A stretch of 64,000 nt of DNA. Origin: Corallococcus coralloides DSM 2259 (GTDB taxonomy: Bacteria; Myxococcota; Myxococcia; Myxococcales; Myxococcaceae). Below the pieces are notes generated by a model that was not told the DNA's origin, ran no database searches, and saw only the letters and a list, made by a program, of their open reading frames with translations. Position numbers and translations under genes: made by a program. The stretch lies in NCBI RefSeq assembly GCF_000255295.1, contig NC_017030.1, positions 6,358,328 to 6,422,327 on the forward strand, read 5' to 3'. Within the stretch, counting starts at the first letter, position 1. The number at the start of each line of letters is the position of its first letter. Below, piece by piece: positions 27,113 through 34,995 of the stretch.

Positions 27113-28254
27113 TCTACTGGGACCACAACGCCGCCGCGCCGGTGCGCGCGGAGGTCGGCGCGCTGCTCGCAAGGGCCTTCACGGAGGGCGGCTTCGGCAA
27201 CGCGTCCAGCGTGCACGGTGGCGGGCGCGAGGCCCGGGCCCGGCTGGACGCGGCGCGAGCGAAGGTGGCGCGCGTCCTGGGCTGCGAGCCGAAGGAGATC
27301 ACCTTCACCGCGTCGGGCAGCGAGGCGGACGCGCTCGCACTGGTGGGAGCGTACGCGGCCCGCCCGGTGAAGGACCGCCGCCGCGTGGTGTCCACCACGG
27401 TGGAGCACCCGTCCGCGCTGGGTGCGCTCGCGCAGTTGGAGAAGGACGGCGCCCAGGTGGTGCGGCTGTCCCCTGACGCCAGCGGCCGTGTCCCGCTGGA
27501 GGCCGTGCTGGAGGCGCTCACGCCGGACACCGCGCTGTGTTCGCTGATGTGGGCCAACAACGAGACGGGCGTGCTGCAGCCGGTGGCGGAGACCGCGCGC
27601 GCGTGCCGTCAGCGAGGCATCCTCTTCCACACGGACGCCGTGCAGGCCGCGGGCAAGGTGCCGCTCACCTTGCGCGAAGTGGACGCGGACCTGCTCTCCC
27701 TCTCCGCGCACAAGTTCGGGGGCCCCCAGGGCGTGGGCGTGCTCGTCGTACGCAAGGGCGTGGACGTGCGGGCACTGACGCCCGGACACCAGGAGGGAGG
27801 CCGCCGCGGAGGCACGCAGAACGTGCCCCATGCCGAGGCCCTGGCCCTGGCCCTGGAGCTGGCCGCCGCGGATCAGGCCAGCACCGCCGCGAGGGTCGCG
27901 GCCCTGCGCGACACCTTCGAACAGCAGGTGCTCCAGCGGCTGCCCGGGGTGACGGTGAACGGTGCGGGCGCGCCGCGGGTGCCCAACACCAGCAACCTGC
28001 GCTTCGACGGCGTGGAGGGCGAAGCGCTGTTGATGGCGCTGGACCTGGAGGACATCCGCGTCTCGTCGGGAGCGGCCTGCGCCTCCGGCACGCTGTCCCC
28101 GTCCCACGTGCTGCGCGCCATGGGCCTCTCCCCCGCCGAGGCGCGCTCGAGCCTGCGCTTCAGCCTGGGCCCTGGCACCACCAGCGCGGAGGTCACCCGC
28201 GTCGTGGACGCGCTGTGCACGCATGTGCCCCGGGTGCGTGCCCTCGGAGGCTGA
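27109..28254 (+). CDS. Cysteine desulfurase (class V aminotransferase, IscS/NifS-like)
   Basis: IYWDHNAAAP, TASGSEADALAL, SLSAHKFGGPQGVG (PLP-Lys), SSGAACASG (active Cys). GTG start overlaps the nrnA stop (GTGA). Confidence 0.85.
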   Translation: MIYWDHNAAAPVRAEVGALLARAFTEGGFGNASSVHGGGREARARLDAARAKVARVLGCEPKEITFTASGSEADALALVGAYAARPVKDRRRVVSTTVEHPSALGALAQLEKDGAQVVRLSPDASGRVPLEAVLEALTPDTALCSLMWANNETGVLQPVAETARACRQRGILFHTDAVQAAGKVPLTLREVDADLLSLSAHKFGGPQGVGVLVVRKGVDVRALTPGHQEGGRRGGTQNVPHAEALALALELAAADQASTAARVAALRDTFEQQVLQRLPGVTVNGAGAPRVPNTSNLRFDGVEGEALLMALDLEDIRVSSGAACASGTLSPSHVLRAMGLSPAEARSSLRFSLGPGTTSAEVTRVVDALCTHVPRVRALGG

Positions 28255-28269
28255 GGCCCTCGGGACAGC

Positions 28270-28485
28270 TCACCACTTCTGGTCCGGCAGGTTCTTCTCG
28301 CGGACCTCCGGGTCGGGCTGTCCGTAGCCGGGCATTCCCTCCTTGGCCTCGTCGGCCTTGGGCGGAAGCCGCTCGTCGCCGTGCCGCGTCTCGCGGGTGG
28401 GCTGCTTCTGCTCGGGCTGCTGCTGCTTTCGCTCGGTCGCCATGGATTCCTCCCGGTGCATGTTCGCGGGAGGAAAGGTCATCAT
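28270..28485 (-). CDS. Small hydrophilic hypothetical protein (57-71 aa, Gln/Glu/Lys-rich)
   Basis: GC3 about 88% in this frame across the ORF. Sits in the gap between convergent genes. The alternative start MATERK gives 57 aa. No recognisable domain. Confidence 0.45.
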   Translation of the reverse strand: MMTFPPANMHREESMATERKQQQPEQKQPTRETRHGDERLPPKADEAKEGMPGYGQPDPEVREKNLPDQKW

Positions 28486-28551
28486 CCGGGGCAGGCGCCG
28501 CAGCGGGCTCCACCGGCTGGGAGCCCGAGCGACAGGGCCCTGCCCGCCCGG

Positions 28552-29547
28552 CTACCCGTTGTCGTCGGAGGAGGGGCCGTTGGGCGGCGAGCCCCGGTAC
28601 GCGGGCATCTCGTCCGTGGTGCCGAACAGACCGCGCACCACCGCCGCGATGGCCAGCGGCGTCCCCACGTTCTCATCGAAGTGCGGAGACAGCGCCTTCG
28701 CGTACTCCTCGGCGGACGAGAAGCGGTCCTCGGGGTTCTCCGCGAACGCGCGCGCCAGCACGTCGTCCAGCGCCTGCGGGATGTCCGGACGCACCGAGCG
28801 CAGGAGCCGGTACTTGCGCGACAGGATGCCCGCGAAGACCTCTTCCGGCGTCGAGCCCACGAAGGGCCGGCCCAGCGTGAGCAGCTCGTAGAGCACCACG
28901 CTCGCGGCCCACAGGTCCGCCTCTGGCGTGACGGCGCCCTGCAGCGACTCCGGGGACAGGTAGTACGGCTTGCCCAGCACCTCGCCGCCCTGGAGCTTGC
29001 CGTCCACCAGCACGCGCGACACGCCGAAGTCACCCAGCTTGATCTCCCCCACGCGGGAGATGAACAGGTTGGACGGAGACACGTCGCAGTGGACGATGCC
29101 CAGCGGCTTGCCGTCCGGACCGGTGGCGGTGTGCGCGTACGCGAGCGCCTCCAGCAGCACCTTCGCCAGGTACACCGCGAAGTCGACGGGGAGCGGAATC
29201 CCGCGCGCCTTGCACCGGCGCAGGATGTGGCCCAGGTCGCGCCCGTCCACCAGGTCCATCACCAGGAAGGACACGTCGTCCAGCATCCCGGCGTCCAGCA
29301 CCTTCACGATGTTCGGATGGTCCAGCTGGCGTGACAGCTGCGCCTCGCGGCGGAAGAGGTCCACCGACGCCGGGTCGCGGGTGAGCGCGGGCAACAGCCG
29401 CTTGAGCGCGACCGTCCAGCCTTCGTAGGGACCGGAGCGCACGCGCGCGCGGTACACCTCGGCCATGCCGCCCTTGCCCAGCAGCGATTGGATTTCGTAG
29501 TTGCCGAAGACGCGGATGGGCTTCGACACGGGAGTCGGCGCGTTCAC
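28552..29547 (-). CDS. Serine/threonine protein kinase (kinase domain only)
   Basis: GKGGMAEV, VALK, HCDVSPSN catalytic loop, DFG, SPE motif. Confidence 0.9.
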   Translation of the reverse strand: MNAPTPVSKPIRVFGNYEIQSLLGKGGMAEVYRARVRSGPYEGWTVALKRLLPALTRDPASVDLFRREAQLSRQLDHPNIVKVLDAGMLDDVSFLVMDLVDGRDLGHILRRCKARGIPLPVDFAVYLAKVLLEALAYAHTATGPDGKPLGIVHCDVSPSNLFISRVGEIKLGDFGVSRVLVDGKLQGGEVLGKPYYLSPESLQGAVTPEADLWAASVVLYELLTLGRPFVGSTPEEVFAGILSRKYRLLRSVRPDIPQALDDVLARAFAENPEDRFSSAEEYAKALSPHFDENVGTPLAIAAVVRGLFGTTDEMPAYRGSPPNGPSSDDNG

Positions 29548-30548
29548 GGGCTGGCGCTTCCAGCTCCTTGCGGATCACGGCCCTGGACCCGCTTGCGACC
29601 GCGGGCCTGCTTCAACTGCGCCTCGTACACCGTTCCCTCTTTGGCGAACTGCTGGAGCTCGCGCTCCACCAGCGCATTGCCCTCTGGCGGGGACCAGCCT
29701 TCCGTCACCGCCCGCCGCAGCGCTTCCTGTGCCACCCGCGTCTCCTGGGCCGCGCGCTTCACGCACGCCATCCAGAACCAGGCCTCCGCCCGCGCCGGCC
29801 CAGGACCCACGCTGCGCGCCTGCTCCAGGTACTTGAGCGCCTCCGGCTGCTGCTTGCGCAGGTAGTGCGACACCCCCATGCCCGTCAGCGCCCAGGCGTT
29901 GTTCTTCTCCTTCTCCTGGGACAGCACCAACTGGAACTGCTGCGAAGCGCCGATGGCGTTCTGGGACGCCAGCATCGACTGGCCCAGCTTCAGGGTGGCC
30001 GCCACGTCCAGCGGCTCCAACCGGCGCTGCGCCGCGATCTGCGCGGCCCCACCGGACGGAGGAGGCACGGGAGCCTGCGCCTGACGCTGCTCGGGTGCCT
30101 GCGCCGACGCGGGCGTCAGCGTCGGAGTCAGCGCGGCCCCCTGCTCCGTCGCCCGGAGCACCAGCATCCGGTTCTTGGGCAGGGCCGGGGAGTCGCAGCT
30201 GTCCTCCAGCTTCACCACGCCGCCCAGCGCCCGCTCCTCCACGTTGTAGACGAGCATCACCGGGAAGCTGCGCGACGGGGTGCAGGTGTCCCCTGTCTGA
30301 CAGAGCGTGAGCTCGCCCAGGAAGACGTTGCCCTGGAAGTCCCCCGTCAGGATCTGCTCGGCGACCGGGCGCTGGCAGGGCCCCCCGGCCGGCGCCGTGC
30401 CGACGAGATGCTCCCCGTCCGAGCGCAACTCGATGGGGCCGAAGGCATCTGCCTGGTAGGTACTGTTCATCTGCGGACCCGCCCAGGCGAATCCGGAGGC
30501 GAGGCAGGCTACCGCCGCGAGAGCCAATGTTGGGGTCGGGAGCGACAT
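29544..30548 (-). CDS. Secreted protein with a C-terminal TPR-like region, co-operonic with the STK
   Basis: Signal peptide MSLPTPTLALAAVACLASGFAWA (cat at 30546-30548). The stop overlaps the kinase start by 4 bp. Confidence 0.6.
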   Translation of the reverse strand: MSLPTPTLALAAVACLASGFAWAGPQMNSTYQADAFGPIELRSDGEHLVGTAPAGGPCQRPVAEQILTGDFQGNVFLGELTLCQTGDTCTPSRSFPVMLVYNVEERALGGVVKLEDSCDSPALPKNRMLVLRATEQGAALTPTLTPASAQAPEQRQAQAPVPPPSGGAAQIAAQRRLEPLDVAATLKLGQSMLASQNAIGASQQFQLVLSQEKEKNNAWALTGMGVSHYLRKQQPEALKYLEQARSVGPGPARAEAWFWMACVKRAAQETRVAQEALRRAVTEGWSPPEGNALVERELQQFAKEGTVYEAQLKQARGRKRVQGRDPQGAGSASP

Positions 30549-30699
30549 GTCGGGGACCCGGGCATCATAGAAGTCCACGGGGCGGCTTGTAAACGCGCGA
30601 GGACGGCTTGACCGCACGCTTCTCCATCCTTATCATTTTCCCAGAACGCCCTGGGATTTTCCCAGTAATTCTAAGGACTTGCAGCACGATTTGAGTGGT

Positions 30700-30908
30700 A
30701 AAGGTCTGTTCCCTGCGGGGTGCGTGATGCCCAGCAGAAATTCGAACCGATACGTCCATTCCGGGGTCCGTTTCGGTCGCCATGTGCAAGCCCTCCCCCT
30801 TCACCGGGGATGAGGGAAGCCTGCGGTGACATGATTTCGGTCCCCACCTGGCTTCTAAGGGTTCAATGGACGCTGGACACACGGCTCGGCGGGGGACTCT
30901 TTCTTTGG
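30700..30908 (+). ncRNA. ssrS: Probable 6S RNA (SsrS) upstream of the 5-formyl-THF cyclo-ligase gene
   Basis: Lower-GC non-coding island directly 5' of the ygfA homologue, the conserved ssrS-ygfA arrangement. Segments resemble E. coli 6S: GAaCCGAUAcguCCAUuCC (cf. GAGCCGAUAUUUCAUACCAC) and AAGGGUUCAAuGGacgcuggACAcacGGCUcGGCGGgg (cf. AAGGGUUCAAGGGUUACAGCCUGCGGCGGC). Boundaries approximate. Confidence 0.5.
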
Positions 30909-30918
30909 AGCGGCGGCG

Positions 30919-31548
30919 GTGAGCGAGACGGCGGTGGATACGGCGGCGGCGGCGGAGAAGAAGGTAACGCTTCGTGAGGAACTGACGGCGCGCCGCAAGG
31001 CGATGACCAATGACCTCATCGACGAGCGGGGCCTCAAGGTCCAGTCTCGATTCCTGGCATCGCCCTATTACGACAAGGCGCGGACGGTGGCGCTCTACGC
31101 CCCCATCCGGGGCGAAGTGCCCACCCGGGACATCCTCATCGCGGCGTTGCAGGACGAGAAGATCGTCTGCTACCCGCTGTCCCACGTGCACGGGCGCATC
31201 CTGGCCTTCCGGGCCATCAAGTCGGAGAGCGAGTTGGAGCCGGGACGCCTGGGCGTCCGTGAGCCCACGAACTCCTCGGACCTGATTCCGGTGGATCAGA
31301 TCGACCTGTTCGTGGTGCCCGGCCTGGGCTTCAGCCCGGACGGCAAGCGGCTGGGGCGCGGCGGTGGCTACTACGACGCCACCCTCAAGGCGGCCAGTGC
31401 GCGCAGCCGCCGGGTGGGCCTGGCCTTCAACGATCAGATCGTCCAGGCGCTGCCCACGACGAGCGACGACGTGGACATGGACCAGATCGTCACGGAGAGC
31501 CAGACGCTGCGCGGCCTCTACCGCAGCTTCGACTTTCTCGACACCTGA
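30919..31548 (+). CDS. ygfA: 5-formyltetrahydrofolate cyclo-ligase (MTHFS)
   Basis: Family layout. Conserved GxGxSxDGxRxGxGxGYYD (VPGLGFSPDGKRLGRGGGYYD). GTG start. Confidence 0.85.
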   Translation: MSETAVDTAAAAEKKVTLREELTARRKAMTNDLIDERGLKVQSRFLASPYYDKARTVALYAPIRGEVPTRDILIAALQDEKIVCYPLSHVHGRILAFRAIKSESELEPGRLGVREPTNSSDLIPVDQIDLFVVPGLGFSPDGKRLGRGGGYYDATLKAASARSRRVGLAFNDQIVQALPTTSDDVDMDQIVTESQTLRGLYRSFDFLDT

Positions 31549-31641
31549 GCTGTAGGACAGGCGGGGTGACAGCCACGGGTGGGGCGGACATGGAAGTCCC
31601 GCCCTGCCCGTCGTCTTTTTTGGGCTAGTGTCCGCGGCGCC

Positions 31642-32904
31642 ATGAACCCGGACGCACTGCGCAAGGCGACCCCCGAAGAACAGTTCGAAGAAGTCACTCG
31701 CGGCACCGTGGATTTGCACGTGCCGGAGGACCTGAAGAAGAAGCTCCAGCGCTCGTATGACAAGGGCAAGCCGCTCATCATCAAGGCGGGCTTCGACCCC
31801 AGCCGTCCCGACCTGCACCTGGGCCACACGCTGCTGCTCACGCGCATGCGGCGCTTCCAGGAGTTCGGCCACACGGTGGTGTTCCTCATCGGTGACTTCA
31901 CCGCGCTCATCGGGGACCCGTCCGGCAAGAACGCGGCCCGGCCTCCCCTCACCCGCGAGCAGGTGAAGGTCAACTCGGAGACGTACAAGCAGCAGGTCTT
32001 CAAGGTCCTGGACCCGGACAAGACGGTGGTGAAGTTCAACTCGGAGTGGCTCGACGCGCTGGGCACCGAGGGGATGATCCGCCTGGCCGCGCGCTACTCC
32101 GTGCAGCGCATGCTGGAGCGCGACGACTTCAAGAAGCGCTACCGGGAGAACACCTCCATCGCCATCCACGAGTTCCTCTACCCGCTGCTGCAAGGCTACG
32201 ACTCCGTGGCGCTGAAGGCGGACGTGGAGCTGGGCGCGACGGATCAGCTCTTCAACCTGCTCGTCGGCCGTCAGCTGATGAAGGAGGAGGGCATGGAGCC
32301 GCAGGTCATCATGACCGGCCCCATCCTGGAGGGCCTGGACGCGAAGCTGGTGGACGGCGTCATCACCGGCAACAAGATGTCCAAGAGCCTGGACAACTAC
32401 GTGGGCATCGACGAGCCGGCGGACAACATCTTCGGCAAGTTGATGAGCATCACGGACGACCTGATGTGGCGGTACTACAAGCTCCTCTCCGCCATGCCGC
32501 TCAAGCAGGTGCTGGAGCTGGAGGAGAAGACGAAGTCCGGCGAGGCGCACCCCAAGGCCGCGAAGGTGGCCTTCGCGCAGGAGATGGCCGCGCGCTTCCA
32601 GGGTGAGGAGGCCGGCCGCAAGGCGGCGGAGGACTTCGAGAAGCGCTTCGCCAAGAAGGAGCTGTCCACGGAGGACCTGCCGCTCGTGGAGATTTCGCTC
32701 GCGGGCGCGGAGAAGCTGCTCGTCACGAAGCTGCTGCCGGAGACGAAGTTCGTCGCCTCCGCCACCGAGGCTCGCAAGATGATGGGCCAGGGCGGCGTGA
32801 AGGTGAACGGTGAGAAGGTCACCGACCCCAAGGCGGAGCTGGGGGCCGGCGAGTACACCGTGCAGGTGGGCAAGCTGAAGGTCACGCGGGTGAAGTTGTC
32901 CTGA
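31642..32904 (+). CDS. tyrS: Tyrosine--tRNA ligase (class I, with C-terminal S4 domain)
   Basis: HIGH motif (PDLHLGHT), KMSKS, C-terminal S4-like region ([10 protein letters not shown]). Start trimmed to MNPDALRK. Confidence 0.85.
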   Translation: MNPDALRKATPEEQFEEVTRGTVDLHVPEDLKKKLQRSYDKGKPLIIKAGFDPSRPDLHLGHTLLLTRMRRFQEFGHTVVFLIGDFTALIGDPSGKNAARPPLTREQVKVNSETYKQQVFKVLDPDKTVVKFNSEWLDALGTEGMIRLAARYSVQRMLERDDFKKRYRENTSIAIHEFLYPLLQGYDSVALKADVELGATDQLFNLLVGRQLMKEEGMEPQVIMTGPILEGLDAKLVDGVITGNKMSKSLDNYVGIDEPADNIFGKLMSITDDLMWRYYKLLSAMPLKQVLELEEKTKSGEAHPKAAKVAFAQEMAARFQGEEAGRKAAEDFEKRFAKKELSTEDLPLVEISLAGAEKLLVTKLLPETKFVASATEARKMMGQGGVKVNGEKVTDPKAELGAGEYTVQVGKLKVTRVKLS

Positions 32905-32935
32905 CGTGCCGCGACGGACGCCGCCCGGGCCTGTT

Positions 32936-33760
32936 TCAAGGCGCGGGCGGCTCCTTCGGCAGCGCGCCTTCGTACAGCGCGGCCGAGCGCCCCATCATGA
33001 AGCCGTGGGGCAACAGCTTCATCAGCGTCGCGAGGAAGCGGTTGAGGACGCCGGGCACGGAGAGCTCGCGGCGGTGCACGAACGCCTCCACGGCGATGCG
33101 CGCGCAGGCCTCCGCGGACATGATGCCCACGTCGCCCGCCTTGAACTTCCGGTCCAGGCCGGACACCGACAGCATCTCCGTGGCGATGCCGCCGGGAGCG
33201 AAGACGGTGACGGACACGCCCGCCTTGCGCAGCTCGTAGGCCAGGCCGCGTCCGTAGCTGATGACGAACGACTTCGTGGCCGCGTAGGCCGTCTGGTACG
33301 GCAGCGGCGCGAAGCCCGCCGTGCTGGCGACGAGCATCAGCGCCCCGCCCCCGCCCTGCTTCGCGAAGTGCGCTCCAAAGAGCTGGGACATGCGCACCAC
33401 GCTGGTGATGTTCGTGGCGAGCATCGCGTCGAAGGACTCGGGCTGCTGCTCCAGCGCGTGGCCGAAGTAGGTGACGCCCGCGTTGAGGATGACGCCGTCG
33501 ACGGTGCGGCCGGACGTGGCGGTCTCGAAGACGCGCGCGGCGTCACCGGGCTTCGTGAGGTCCGCGGACAGGGGCAGCACCTGCACGCCGTGCGCGGACT
33601 CCAGCTCCGCCTTGAGCGCGGTGAGCCGGTCCTCGCGGCGGGCGACGGCGATGATGTGGGCGCCGTGCTCCTTCGCGAGCAGGCGGGCCATCTCCAGCCC
33701 CAGGCCGGACGACGCGCCGGTAATGAGCACCCAGCGGCCTCGGAAATTCATCGGTTTCAT
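32936..33760 (-). CDS. SDR-family short-chain dehydrogenase/reductase
   Basis: TGASSGLG cofactor motif, NAG, YxxxK (YAATK). Start at MKPMNF (cat at 33758-33760). Confidence 0.85.
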   Translation of the reverse strand: MKPMNFRGRWVLITGASSGLGLEMARLLAKEHGAHIIAVARREDRLTALKAELESAHGVQVLPLSADLTKPGDAARVFETATSGRTVDGVILNAGVTYFGHALEQQPESFDAMLATNITSVVRMSQLFGAHFAKQGGGGALMLVASTAGFAPLPYQTAYAATKSFVISYGRGLAYELRKAGVSVTVFAPGGIATEMLSVSGLDRKFKAGDVGIMSAEACARIAVEAFVHRRELSVPGVLNRFLATLMKLLPHGFMMGRSAALYEGALPKEPPAP

Positions 33761-33845
33761 ATCGGGCGCGTTTATTTCGCGGTGCGGCGCCGGGCGCAAC
33801 CGGGGAACAGCGGGCCTCGGGCACCCCTGTTAGAGTCCGGCCACC

Positions 33846-34949
33846 ATGCGCCTCTCCGGGTCGCTCGCCTGCTTCTTCCTGGCCCTCTCCACTGCCCCTG
33901 CCGCCTTCGCGGGGAGCGGCGTCTTCGTCACCGACGATGCCGTGGACGCGGTGGACCAGCCCGAGTCCTCCAAGGTCGTCTTCTCCGTGCAGCCGGGCGT
34001 GTCCTATCCGCTCATGAAGAAGGGTGGCCCCGACCGCGCGTGGTGCAAGCTCCAGGGCCCCAAGGCCGAGGGCTGGGTGCTCTGCGATGGCACGCCCACG
34101 GATGCCGTCCAGAAAGCACCGGGCACGGACGCGCTCGTGCGCGCGGACCATGAGAACACGCGCCAGCAGCAGGTGGCCCGGGTCGACAAGGCCGCTGACG
34201 ATGAAGAAGAGACCGTGGCGGTGCGCGCCCCCGCGAGCCGCGCGGCGGCTCCCGGCGACACGGCGGCCTGCGCGAGCACGTGTGATCAACCGCCCCTCTT
34301 CGCCAAGGCCCCGGCGCTGTCCGCGATGGACCGGGAGGTGCTGGACCTGTGCCCCGCGCGCCCCGACGCGAGCGTGAGCGCCGGGGACGTGCAGCGCTTC
34401 TTCACCAAGCACTACGACGACGCGCGGGTGCAGCGCGCGCTGTCGGCGGCGGGCCGTCCTGGCTCGCGGCAGGCGAACATCGAATGGCTCACGAGCCTGT
34501 GGGTGAGCACCGGCCCGCGCAACGCGTTCACGCACGTCTTCTGCGGGGACGACTGGCAGCGCGGCCCGATTGGCGGCCTCCACTTCCTGCCCCGCTACGC
34601 GCAGCTCGAGGCGGAAGGAAAGGTCTGCTACCAGGGCCCGGCCAGAGGCGAAGAAGCCGTGCGCGGCGAGCAGTACCTCATCCGCTTCAAGGGGCTGTCC
34701 CCCTGGTCCTGCGGCGTGAAGCGCACGGGCGGCTTCTCGACGTCACAGGACGCGGTCTCCATCGCCGCCATCGGAACCCGGGCGTTCGCGCGCTGCTGTG
34801 CGCGCGGCGGGGCGAAGAAGGAAGGCGGCGTGTACTCGGCGCCGGACGTGGGCGGCGGCAACTGGCGCATCTGGTGCGGCACGCGCAACGGCACCTACGG
34901 CATCGCCACGCTGCACCCCACCGACGAAGCCGCCACCTGCGCGGAGTAG
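33846..34949 (+). CDS. Secreted protein with a C-terminal EndoU/XendoU-like endoribonuclease domain
   Basis: Signal peptide MRLSGSLACFFLALSTAPAAFA. C-terminal NAFTHVFCGDD...GPIGGLHFLPRY matches the XendoU catalytic blocks (xFEHVFxGE and GGFHxW) with both His positions conserved and downstream Lys. Confidence 0.6.
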   Translation: MRLSGSLACFFLALSTAPAAFAGSGVFVTDDAVDAVDQPESSKVVFSVQPGVSYPLMKKGGPDRAWCKLQGPKAEGWVLCDGTPTDAVQKAPGTDALVRADHENTRQQQVARVDKAADDEEETVAVRAPASRAAAPGDTAACASTCDQPPLFAKAPALSAMDREVLDLCPARPDASVSAGDVQRFFTKHYDDARVQRALSAAGRPGSRQANIEWLTSLWVSTGPRNAFTHVFCGDDWQRGPIGGLHFLPRYAQLEAEGKVCYQGPARGEEAVRGEQYLIRFKGLSPWSCGVKRTGGFSTSQDAVSIAAIGTRAFARCCARGGAKKEGGVYSAPDVGGGNWRIWCGTRNGTYGIATLHPTDEAATCAE

Positions 34950-34978
34950 CGGACCGGCGCCAACGAAGGACGCCGGTC
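34950..34978. terminator. Bidirectional hairpin between the convergent EndoU-like and A2M genes
   Basis: GGACCGGCG-ccaacgaagga-CGCCGGTCC, a 9-bp perfect stem directly after the tag stop of the + gene and 18 bp from the stop of the - gene. Confidence 0.5.
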
Positions 34979-34995
34979 CCCTGCCCTGCTGAGGC

